Shown here: piece by piece, positions 53,601 through 64,000 of the stretch
Layout of the letters: every line of letters begins with the position of its first letter
Numbering within the stretch: the stretch's first letter is position 1
NCBI RefSeq assembly: GCF_963676685.1
Contig: NC_092345.1
Location: forward strand, 46,500,001 to 46,564,000
Reading direction: 5' to 3'
DNA length: 64,000 nucleotides
Source: Mytilus edulis
Lineage: Eukaryota
Translations under genes and position numbers: made by a program
Notes under the pieces: generated by a model
What the model saw: only the letters and a program-made list of their open reading frames with translations
Databases searched by the model: none
Told to the model about the DNA's origin: nothing

Positions 53601-56600
53601 TCGTTATATATATATAAAAAATAAAAACAAATGCTTCATAAGCAGTATACATCTGAGAACATATTTCACTTGAATAATGCTCTTTTGGATTACTTTCATA
53701 ATACATTACAGTCACAGTTATGTCTTGTTCCAATATAACAGTAAATTTGACCGGGTCGGATCTAGACATGCATGTGGTATTGTCGATCTTAGACCAAGAC
53801 AAGAATTCTCCTGGTGGGATTTGTGGGAAGGAAACATGGTTTTATGTACCTGGTATTGGTAATATAGCATCAAATGGTCAAAAGGAGCCAGAGTTCTTTG
53901 AAACATGGACGTAAGAATAAATCATTACATCTTGCATTTGTACCATTAAGTTTATTATGCCACTTTTTTATTTTCTCTACATTTTTTATACATTAACCCT
54001 ATATCTCATACAAAAAGATTTAAAATTGTTGCTGAATATTAAAAAGCAAATAATGATGGACCTAGAATTTCTGGATTTTTTTTATTATTTCCACATGGTT
54101 TTATACCAACCGAGCAAGACCTTCGTGTGTAGTCAAGGGTCGTTAATTTTTTTTTTTTGTTAGATGTTAATACACATAATATTTTCATATTATTGTATTT
54201 TAGCTGAAAGAGTAGCAAACCCATTCTTCCCCTTAAAATTCTTAAATCACAAATGTTTGAATTGTCCATGTTTTCTACCAAAAACATGTTGTTAGCAATT
54301 AAATATGTCAGTCTTGCGCATTTATTTTTTTAATTTCGTCTTAGATTTTAGCATAAGGGCTTCAAACTTTACAAACTTCCGCTAAAAAAAATTCAGACTT
54401 TGCATTTATATTCAGATATAAGCCTAAGCTTTACACGGAAAGATATTTACCAAAGACACTATGAATTTGTATAAAAAAATCGTTTATGTTAAGGCCTGCG
54501 CTCATTTTAACATTGTCCAAAAACTATGCGTGAAAGGCCCTTCTAGGTTTCGACTCCCGTTTCAATGACATCACATTGACCTGTGACCAATCTAAACAAA
54601 AATAACCTTGGTAATCAGTTTGTGTCATCTGGTCCACTTTTCACAAGAAAAAAATGAAAAAATAAACAAAAAAAACGCTCTTAAAGCTCTATCAAACTCC
54701 AGCTTAATGTAAGTCAACAATGTTCGTCAAAATATCCCTTTATAATTGAAAACTAGAAACATGTTTAAAATACACATGTTTCTGGAAATCCTTTAACAAA
54801 ACAAAACGTTAACTTTCAAATTCATTTATCAAATATCTTTCCTCAGAAATGCGAAAAGAACAAATTTACTCATAATTTAAGTACGTTTAATATTTTCTTA
54901 TTTTAATGGTTATTTGTATACCCTGTCTCAGACATACACGTATCGTTTGTTTGTCCAGTTTTATCCTTATATTACCTACTCCCAATGATGGTGTTTGTCC
55001 TTCATAATAATTAAAAGAACTTTCCTTAATTTTTAATTTTCAGTATATTAAAAAAAATCACATCATTCGTTATTTTTTTCTATTAAGTAAGAAGCTACAT
55101 TGTATTCGTAGTAAGTCGGTTTGAGATAACAAACACTACAGAATAACGACAGTAACTTATGTCTACAAAACACAAAACATCTAAAGCTATAATTTGAGCA
55201 AACACAAACCCCTACTAAGAAGAATAAGTGGCATTGCTCATGTCAGCAAAAAAATTCAAAACTCCCAGGAAATTTAAAAACCAAAAGTCCCTTTTCAAAT
55301 GGCAAAAGCAAAATATCAAACACATAAAACGAATAGATAACGGTCATATTTCTGACCTGGTACAGGTATTTCTTCATTCAGAACATGGTGAACTAAATCA
55401 AGTTTTAAAGCAAGCCAAAACTTCCAATTGTAAATGAACTGATAAGATTTTTTTTCGATGATGTCGTATTCGAGAAAAAGAAGATGTGATTGTGGGTAAG
55501 ACAATTGGAAACAACGGTCAATCAACTCGCAATGGCGTCTGTATATTCTTAAAACGATGGGATCAATTTAACCACTTGAAACTTTTTTAATGGTTGTAAG
55601 CCGCCATAAAAAAATCAAAAATCATGATAAGCTCTGGAAAATTGTATTATCTTCAAGTAATGGGAACTCAAATCGAAAAGGTCCTTTCTAAATGGCAAAA
55701 TGAAATGCTTAACCACATCAAACAAATGGTGACAACCGTCATATTCCTGACTTAGTACAGGCCTTTCCTTATGTCAAAAATGGTGGATTAAAACATCATT
55801 TTTAGCTAGCTAACTTGTGTGACAGTCGCATACAATACCATTTTATTGTTAACAAATTGTGAACAAAACAAACAGACATAATAGGTGAAATTGTCAAAAA
55901 TAGTGGTACAGTAGTCAACGTTGTTTAACTTAATCACAATAAAACAAACAAATATGTCAACAAAGAAAAACAAAATGACATATAGGCAAAGCATATAAGC
56001 AAAAAAAAAACACAAAATTTTTGCGGATGCAAATATTATTTAGATTAGTTGTTTTGCAATGCATAGTTGATCTACAACAAAGCATTTGTTCACAATTTAC
56101 ACATTTTCATTTCCCACTTTCTACCAAACTTGATAGAAAAACACTATGACCAGTCTGACAATATTTTATGTTCATAAACGTATGTGTAGGGATTGTGAAA
56201 TGACAACAGCAACCCAAAATTAATAGGCCTTTCCTTATGTCAAAAATGGTGGATTAAAACATCATTTTTAGCTAGCTAGCTTGTGTGACAGTCGCATACA
56301 ATACCATTTTATTGTTAACAAATTGTGAACAAAACAAACAGACATAATAGGTGAAATTGTCGAAAATAGTGGTACAGTAGTCAACGTTGTTTAACTTAAT
56401 CACAATAAAACAAACAAATATGTCAACAAAGAAAAACAAAATGACATATAGGCAAAGCATATAAGCAAAAAAAAAAACACAAAATTTTTGCGGATGCAAA
56501 TATTATTTAGATTAGTTGTTTTGCAATGCATAGTTGATCTACAACAAAGCATTTGTTCACAATTTACACATTTTCATTTCCCACTTTCTACCAAACTTGA

Positions 56601-56899
56601 TAGAAAAACACTATGACCAGTCTGACAATATTTTATGTTCATAAACGTATGTGTAGGGATTGTGAAATGACAACAGCAACCCAAAATTAATGAAATTATT
56701 CTACGAATGCAGTTGGGTATATATTCTATGAATGTAGTTGGGTGAATAAAAATATCTTTTTAAGGTGAAAGGCCATACTATCTATTGTAACCGAATGTAG
56801 TTTTCTTTTCAAATTTCTAATTTCAGTCTACCACAGAATGCAAGCATGTTCAAAACTGGTATTTCTTTTGATCATAATAACAGATATCGGATATTGTAA
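32609..56899 (+). CDS. Gene copy B: rearranged paralogue of copy A (possible ~613-aa product lacking the last three Cys; may be a decaying pseudogene)
   Basis: In-frame path: ..32610 (AT), 33416-33545, 33996-34067, 34871-35024, 38915-39009, 40567-40641, 41194-41257, 42122-42372, 43646-43729, 44256-44376, 45194-45384, 45872-45942, 46968-47034, 48272-48463, 49168-49367, 56827-56899 (TAA after an 8-nt deletion). Requires skipping 35277-35430, 51567-51758, 52785-52976 and 53711-53910. Confidence 0.65.
32633..32836. mobile_element. ~200-bp MITE with terminal inverted repeats (related decayed copy at ~4790-4978)
   Basis: actgtggattcatt ... aatgaatacacagt, starting at a TA dinucleotide (Tc1/mariner-like, inferred). 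Confidence 0.6.
35277..35430 (+). pseudogene. Duplicate exon 4 (4b) of copy B with in-frame TGA
   Basis: AG/GT intact, 154 nt: KCS*ASAISRRSNASLVLRNNIPNDNSDSSVCHACCNGKAICNVDNVCVSP; TGA at 35286-35288. Confidence 0.85.
35559..37491. mobile_element. PIF/Harbinger-type non-autonomous foldback element carrying a ~193-bp tandem array
   Basis: ~42-bp TIR gggacggtgcattatttatcaagcagggggaccggtgcaaat / atttgcaccggtcccccctgcttgataaatattgcaccgtccc; TAA on both flanks (35556-35558, 37492-37494). Inner ~360-bp inverted arms (35779-36141 vs 36857-37218) and about five direct ~193-bp units (35954-36850). Confidence 0.85.
47253..48007 (-). mobile_element. 5'-truncated Penelope-like retroelement (RT C-terminus + 3' UTR) inserted in intron 13 of copy B
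   Basis: YLDLHLEI..LKTKLYDKREDFSFPIVNFPFLSS.IP / LIRYSRACISYHDFLDRG.LLTRKLL..LRKFYGRHHELV, with one frameshift. Empty site in copy A at 22351-22365 (cctcca|gggcatctg). Confidence 0.85.
48735..48776 (-). ncRNA. Minimal type-I hammerhead ribozyme (paralogue of 23083-23125)
   Basis: Minus strand: gtca-CTGATGA-gtct-tttat-agac-GAAA-c-acgc-GTC|tggc. Confidence 0.78.
51175..53547 (+). repeat. Near-identical tandem duplication (offset 1218 bp), each unit with a divergent exon-14 copy
   Basis: agtcagttaagatctcttcag at 51181 and ~52400. Exon copies at 51567-51758 (open) and 52785-52976 (AGA>TGA at 52797-52799). Confidence 0.9.
51567..53910 (+). pseudogene. Orphan divergent exons 14', 14'' and 15' of an older paralogue
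   Basis: 14' VQVKRQPCGYKNCSC.. is open; 14'' has a premature TGA; 15' (53711-53910, VTVMSCSNITVNLTGSDLDMHVV..GGICGKETW..ETWT) has lost one G at the acceptor (ttacagtcaca vs ttacaggtcaca). Confidence 0.8.
55759..56690. repeat. Near-perfect 466-bp tandem duplication
   Basis: aggcctttccttatgtcaaaaatggtgg at ~55759 and ~56225; the ORF track shows the same translated peptide twice (55806-56015, 56272-56499). Confidence 0.9.
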
Positions 56900-57325
56900 A
56901 TGTGAAGGATCGAGACTATCTTGTGGAACTATCATATAGCAAATAAAACTGAATGAATAAAATATAGCTACACTTTTTATGGTCAAGTTACAGAAAAATG
57001 GCTCACATATTTTGTTTTGCATATAACTGCCTTAAGTTAATTTTGAACAAAGAAATTAAAAAAAGTGAACCTTTGTATGCAAATGGGTGAAAAAGTTTGT
57101 CAAAATTCATTGAATATGTATACTGGAATGTCTGCATGTCCGTTTTCTTTCTTTCTACGACATAAAACAAAACATGAAGTGTTTATGTTTTATGCAGATA
57201 AATTAACCCGATGATCCAAAACATTTGCTGCTCAACAATCATACCAACAATGAAAGTAAAGAGCTCATGCTATGATTTGCCTGCATGATTATTTTTGATT
57301 TACTTGCATTCAAAACAGATAATAA

Positions 57326-57556
57326 AAAAGGGGGAGAAAGATAACAGAGGGACAGGCAAACTCATAAATTGAAAATAAACTGATAACGCCATAGCTAAAA
57401 AAGAAAACGACAAACAGACAAATAATAGAACACAATACACAGCATAAAAAACTAAAGACTAAGCGAAACGAACCCCACCAAAAACTGGGGGTAGGGTTGA
57501 TCTCATGTGCTAAGGAATGGTAACCAGATCCTGCTCCACATGTTGCACCCATCGTG
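57326..57556 (-). mobile_element. Solo 3' end of the Penelope-like element (others at 62030-62345 and, inverted, 29080-29265 and 40220-40285)
   Basis: Matches 47253-47480: agagggaca..caaactcataaat.gaaaa.aaactga..acgccat.gctaaaaa..cagatcctgctcca.atgt. Confidence 0.7.
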
Positions 57557-60500
57557 AATTGTTAGCGCGTAAAAGATGTGTCTGTATATTCATATTTGAA
57601 ATAAATGTTAAGAAATGAATTTGAAACTGCATCAAAGTTAAGAGAAATTACATAGTTTATGTAAATAAGCGTTTGCTTGTCAATTGTTTTAATTCATGGT
57701 CTAACAAATGAACGGACGAGAAACACAGGATAATTAGGTAAATATACGGGAGTCAAAAAGTGAGACATGGGTATTTATATACTTTTAACTTTGTAATTTC
57801 GTGTATGTACGAACTTGTGTAGTTTTGTTTTAACATGTAAAGCGCTTAGAGTAATTGTAGTTTTATAGAATGCGCTATAAAAATGCCTTGTAATAATAAT
57901 AATAATATGTTGTTTCCGATGATGTCGGTGGCGTCGGCGTTTTCAGCACCAACAATGTCTTATGGTGTGGTGAAGTCAGTTTATAAAAACGACAAATGGC
58001 AAATCAATGATATTTAGTATGCAGTTGTATTAGCATTTGCATATCTCATTTCCATGGAGATTATTTAGCCTCACATCTTAAGTTTTCGAATATATAGGTC
58101 TGTAAAAATAAAAAAATAACTATTTTGATAATGAAATTATCCGTTAAAAGATTTTTACTATGTTTATGACCCAACTGTAGGCGGCAATGTGGCATTAAGT
58201 TTTTCCGTTTTTACTGCTGTCCGTCCGTCTTTCTGTCACTCTGTCCATCCATCGATCCGTCACTCCGTACTTCTTATCGTACCATTTTCGTTTCCGCACT
58301 CTTACTTAGGTTTTCCTCATCTAAATTTAATGAAACTGATACACAATGCTAGGAACCAAAAGTCGTACACAGAGTCCGAATTTGGTAAGTGAGCTATATA
58401 CTGTTTTTTTTTTTTTTTAACTAAGAAAATTGCATTTTTTTCCGTTTCCACACACTATATTATAATAAGTTTGTCTCATCCATATTTTATGAAGCTCATA
58501 CACTATAATAGGAACCACAACAAGCTGGCAGAGTTCGAATGTGGGCAGTGAGTCTTTTTTCTCAATTTTCTTTTTCGATATGCACGTCTAGACACGTTTG
58601 AATGGAATTGCATGCATGGCTGTACTTGTGTAGTGAAAAGGTTTACGTTTATTGAAAGCTGCACGAACATGTATATAAACAAGACAAAATCGGGCTACAA
58701 AAAATTATACCAGAAACCTTGTAGATACCCTTTAGCATAGCTAGTCTAAGTCAGTGCTTTTTTTAAATAGTAAATTAGCAAAATACCGAACTCCGAGTAA
58801 AATTCTAAACGTAAAGTCCCTACTAAGCAAATAGCAAAATCAAAAGCTCAAAAACATCAAACCAATGGATAACAACTGTCATATTCCTGACTTAGTACAG
58901 GCACTTGCTTATATAGAAAGTGGTGGATTAAACTTGGTTTATAACTTGCTTAAAACTCTCACTTGTATGAAGGTCGCATAAAATTCCATTATATTAACAA
59001 TGATGCGTGAACAAAACAAACATGACAGACATAATAGGTAACCATGTCAAAAATAGGGGTATAGAAGTCTAACATTGTTTTAAAATCTTAATCCCTATAA
59101 AACGGTGTTCAATCAAAATGGAAGACGATTCCACTTGGGTGCTTGTTGTTGTTGGTTGTGGGTAAACCGAAATGTATTCGACGGGAAAGGAATCAATATT
59201 ATTTACTTTTTAATGAATAAAAAAAAAATATCATTTTTTTATGAAAAGGACGGTTTCCAAAAATTATTTCGATATAATCTGATGGTAAAATTATATTTGC
59301 CACCCGTCACTAATCAGGAGTGTTATTATATCTGATATGGTTTGCTGTAAAATGTGATCTTTGTGTTGTTATATTCTTCGAATGTGTTCTAAACATTGGT
59401 TGATCACTAATATTCCGTTGTTGATTTCTGTTGCTGATCCTAAATATATCTCTATTGTCTTGTAAGTAATCTCGCTGTAAATGAGGGTTTTCAGGCCGTG
59501 TCTGGAATTCTGAATTTATCAGCTTATGTTGTGTTTGATTATTTGGCGTCAACAGCACTCTTACCTATACAAAAGCATTTAAAAGAAAATTAAATACTAG
59601 GTAAATTAATTAATGCATGTTTACTGTATTGTGTTATTATTATATGAAAAGAGTTATACCATTCAACGCATACCATTCAACGCTACATTCGATGATCATA
59701 TTGTATATATACAAATTAATTGAGATATGGTATGATTGCCAATGAGACAACTCTCCAACAGAACCAAATGACATAGAAGTTTACAACTATATGTCGTCGT
59801 ACAGCCTATTATACAGGGGAAAAAAGATGTTATGACAATCTGAAAGTAACTAAAAGCTTCAAAAAAATAAATAAACGAAAAACAAAAGATGCTTATTTCA
59901 TAACACAAATGACACAAATATAATATATAATGTTTAAAAGATATTTCAGCTACTTATATCATTGAAACACAAACTGAATGAGTAAAAAGTAAAATAAAAA
60001 AAAATACTGAACTCCGAGTAAAATTCAAAATGGAAAGTCCCAAATCAAATTGCAAAATTAAATAATAAAACACATTAATCGAATGTACAGCAACTGTCAT
60101 ATTTCTAACTTGATACAGGCATTTTCAAATGTAGAAAATGGTGGATTGAACCTGGTCTTATAGCGTTATACCGCTCACTTATATGACAGTAGCATTAAAT
60201 TCCGTTATTTTAACAACGATGCGTGAACAAAACAGACATAATCGGTAAAATAGTCAAAATATGACTACAGCAGTCATCACTCTGTTACAATCTCAAAACA
60301 TACAAACATTTACAAAACAACCCAAAGACTTTAAATTCCAAATTATCTAAGTTACTTATTTTTAGATTATGATATAACAGACCCAGACACATTTTTATAG
60401 ACTTCTACATAAACAGCGATACTATATATCATTACGCTGCAAATGCAAATATGAAAACGTATCTGCTGATCTTTTTTTTCTTCAGAAAAGACAATACTGT

Positions 60501-62816
60501 GTAGATAGATACATGTATGGTGTTGAAGCCTGAATGCATGTGTCAATGATAAGATGCAACATTTTCTGTAAAAGTCAATTATTTTAAATATGAGGATAGA
60601 TGTAATCGACTAATGGTTTAACACTAGTCCTTTTAGGGCCCTCTCGTGAGACCTGAACTGTACCTTCACTTTTATATTGAGAATGTATGTTTATTTTGTA
60701 CTCTACACTGATAACTCACGTTTAACTTGCATACATTTAAAGCCTTTAGTTTTAACTTACTTTTGTTTCTTTTAAAGTTGCACAACAGCAACACGCTATC
60801 GCTGATATGATACTGACAATAATTTCATTAAATGCAAAGAACGCTATAAGCAGTGGAACCAACCATTTGTAATCGGAACTGTATAGCCCATGGCGCTACA
60901 AATTGAAATTAATTATTATGTAATAATGAAAATAATATCAATTGTAAAATAAAAATTAAAAACAAAAAACTGCTTACTTTTGTTTCCATCTACCCAAATT
61001 GCACTTTTTTGTCATTTTTTTTTTTCACCTACGTTTATTTAAGATGCAAGCGAAAGTGTCCATTCTGGGTTTATTTTGTAGTCGAATATTTATTTACATT
61101 TAAGTTCCACCAAATTAATTTTGAATCCATATTGAATCCTAGAAAAAAAAACTAGTCTGAACCCACCTCTTAACGATCCATGTACTAAAATTGCATCCAT
61201 GCGTAAGAATAAATCCATAATAATCGAATAACTGTAACTGATGTTTTGATTTTTTTCTCTCCAAATTTTTAGAACAATTTAACAATGCACGTAGTCCAAT
61301 CGGCCTTGCTTACTTTTAATTATTATTTTTTTCAGATGTTTATGCCTGTAAAATATTCTAATACCTCATTTCTAAAAAAAAAAATTCGACATCGCATGGC
61401 GATATTGATTTTTTATGTCCAAATGAACACATCATCTGTTGGTATATTCTGAGAACGTTTGTGTATATTTGTATTGATTCAGCTAAGTTGAAAAACCTGA
61501 ATAAAGTCAAATCAGAAAAATACTTGTGTAGTCTATAAGAAAACATGTAAGATTTCCACTGCTATTTTTGTTGAATGAGTGCAATTTGGGAACTGTGAGA
61601 TTATAGAACGAAGATTTCAATTTGAAATTGAATTTAACGGCAATAACACTTGCGAAAGTGGATAGTTTTACTTTTAAATAACTATCAGATAAAATTACAT
61701 ATAGTCTATACCTACCAATAAAGCTTCATATGCATTTACACATGCACAAGCAGGACCAAACAACGCAGAACATAAAATACTCAATATCAGGAAAGACATT
61801 TTCTGTAAAAAAAAAAAATATCCATGAATATTTAAATTATGTAGACCTCATGTCTTGTCGAAGATCTTTTCATTGTGTTCATTATATTTGTATTTAATAT
61901 TCAAGTTAGGCGAAATATACCAAAGGGACATTATAAGACATTATAAATCTGACAACGCTATGGCAAATACACAAAGTACTCTGCAGTAAGAACCCACGTT
62001 AAATTTCCATACATTTCGAGCCCTTAGTTTCAAAAGAGGGATGAAAGATACCTGACGGACATTTAAACTCATAAATCGAAAATTAAACTGACAACGCCAT
62101 ACATAAAAAGGAAAAGACAAACAGACAAACATCAGTATTCAAAACACAGCATAGAACGCTAAGACTGAGATACACAAACCCTTTCAAAAGCCGGTGGTAA
62201 TCGCGGGTGGTCCGGAAGTGTAGGTAGATCCTGTTTAACAAATATCACCCGTCGTGTTGCTCATGTAAGTGCGAACACGATGATATATCTAGTTCGATAG
62301 GTGACTTTCGGGCAAAACAGGACAGTATTGTGGTCTTGACGATTGGACCATATTGTCATCGATTACATAAGTATGAATACGAAAAAGTGGTTTTATTCCT
62401 TAAGTTTTGGGGAACATAATATATAGTTTCCACAATTAGGGTGCTATGACGTTACGCACGATATTGCGTCCCAATTAGTAACGTCAAAATTTGACGTTTT
62501 ACGTCGGTAATCGAGTATACTTTGTTCGTTTTGTTTGTAATCATTTTTGATCGATATGGTTAAGCACGTCATTACGTGTTATCATATATATCTTGAAGTA
62601 TTTTGTTATTTGCAAAATGTTTGAAATCATTTTTTTTTTCTTCATAAAATACATATTTACTCACAAAGCAGAATATACTGGACTTCTTTTGTCTTGATAT
62701 ATTTAGTGCCATAGTACCACACATACAAAACTGAAAATATGTTTTCATATTTAAAGATTGAAATACTAGTATCTGGTCCATATTATTCTTTAAATGAAAT
62801 GCAAATACATGTATAA

Positions 62817-63772
62817 TGCGGGGTTCACACATTGCCGATAATTGCTCCCGTTTGAGATCAGACAGCGATATGACACGAAAAGTGAAAAAGTCGGATTAGT
62901 GTCCTCAATTATCTGGAATGTCCTATTATTGTCTGAACGCAGTCGTTTTAGTTCGTGACAGATTCCTACTGGTCGGGAAGGGTCCAAATAGTCCGGTGCG
63001 TCCCATAACATTCGAGGAAACTCAGCCGATTTTGTCTAGTCGGATTACAATCGTGCCTATGTCGTGACAGATTCTGCTGTATCGGATCGAATTCCTAACA
63101 ATGTTCTGTGTATTCGGGACGGTGTCCTGTGGAACGGGAATGATCTGGAGAAATTTTTCATTGCTGTTTTTCTGCCGATTGAGTCATGATTGCATCCAGA
63201 TCTTGTCGATTTCGAACCGTTCCAAAACAGTCCCGTTATTAATTCTAAATTCGTCAATGATACCCACGTCAGAGTCCCGACAATTACAGAATACAATACG
63301 ACTGAGACCAGACAAAGCCATTTGCAATGCGATAGAGCGGACCGTGATAGAATTATGTTCCGACAGTACCTGATCATCCCGAGTATGCCGACAGTTTTCG
63401 AACGGATAACTTCCGTCAGCGTCGGTTCACTGTCTTGTCACTATCTGATCTCTGTCGGATTACATTCAGTAGAATCGGGACGCAGTCGTGACAGACTCGG
63501 TCAAATTTGACCTGGCGAAAGATACAAATCGGATAAGAAGCGGATTTAGAACGGAATTATCGGAATAAATTCGCTTGGAAACGGTTGAATATCGACGCTT
63601 CCTGAACAATATCTGATTGTTGTCGTGATTAAATTATTTTTTTTACAAATTTTAATAAAGTTTGAATTTCCATCCACGATGCATAGGATCTTGATCAGAC
63701 TTTTAATAAATTTTAATCGGGAATGGTCCTGTCAAGGACGGCAGTAAAAATCGTGAATGTGTGACCCCAGCT
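62817..63772. mobile_element. PIF/Harbinger-type non-autonomous DNA transposon (956 bp)
   Basis: Imperfect TIR tgcggggttcacacattgccgat vs the reverse complement of the right end agctggggtcacacattcacgat (18/23 identical). TAA on both flanks (62814-62816, 63773-63775). Higher-GC, CpG-rich interior. Confidence 0.75.
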
Positions 63773-64000
63773 TAACAAATTAGAATAAAAGTATGGAGGT
63801 ATATTGCTTTGAAGGAAAAAAGTAAAGTATGTTTAAAAAAAAAATTTTTTTAAAAGATAAAAAAAAAACAGTAAGATAAATACAAATAATTATCATTCAA
63901 AATAAAAACATAAGAAACAAATAACAGAAAAATTGACTGATGCGTATGCAGAAAATAGTACTGCTGTTTTTCCGAATAGTGAATATTGCGTATCTTTATT

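Noticed and set aside
53711-53910. Exon 15' as a functional alternative exon
   Set aside because: The nearby AGs (ending 53711 and 53717) both give phase 1, incompatible with the upstream phase-0 and phase-2 donors.
62790-63510. Overlapping 73-106 aa ORFs as genes or a transposase
   Set aside because: No recognisable motifs; ORFs on both strands reflect the higher GC of a non-autonomous TIR element.

Overview
AT-rich eukaryotic genomic DNA with GT-AG introns. The repeat families look like those of a bivalve (Mytilus-like mussel); this is inference. Almost all ORF-track ORFs are spurious or exon fragments. Contents: (1) the last two exons of a PhyH/phytanoyl-CoA dioxygenase-like gene (1355-2521, +). 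(2) Two tandem paralogues of a 16-exon gene reconstructed by hand from splice sites and frame: copy A 9845-25750 (intact, ~638 aa) and copy B 32609-56899 (rearranged, ~613 aa). They encode a secreted protein with a signal peptide, two Ly6/uPAR(three-finger)-like Cys-rich domains (the first with a GKR-containing loop), a VWDE-type Ig-like region and a degenerate VWD domain, with no EGF repeats or TM helix. The start codon appears split across intron 1 (AT|G). Copy B is a mosaic with a duplicated exon 4, an insertion-created in-frame splice acceptor, extra pseudo-exons and a frameshifted last exon. (3) Many mobile elements: minimal type-I hammerhead-ribozyme repeats (non-LTR retrozyme-like, including a 358-bp tandem unit with an extra pseudoknot-like structure), Penelope-like RT fragments, PIF/Harbinger-type MITEs with TAA target duplications, Helentron/HINE-like elements and a decayed HERO/R2-clade 5' end.
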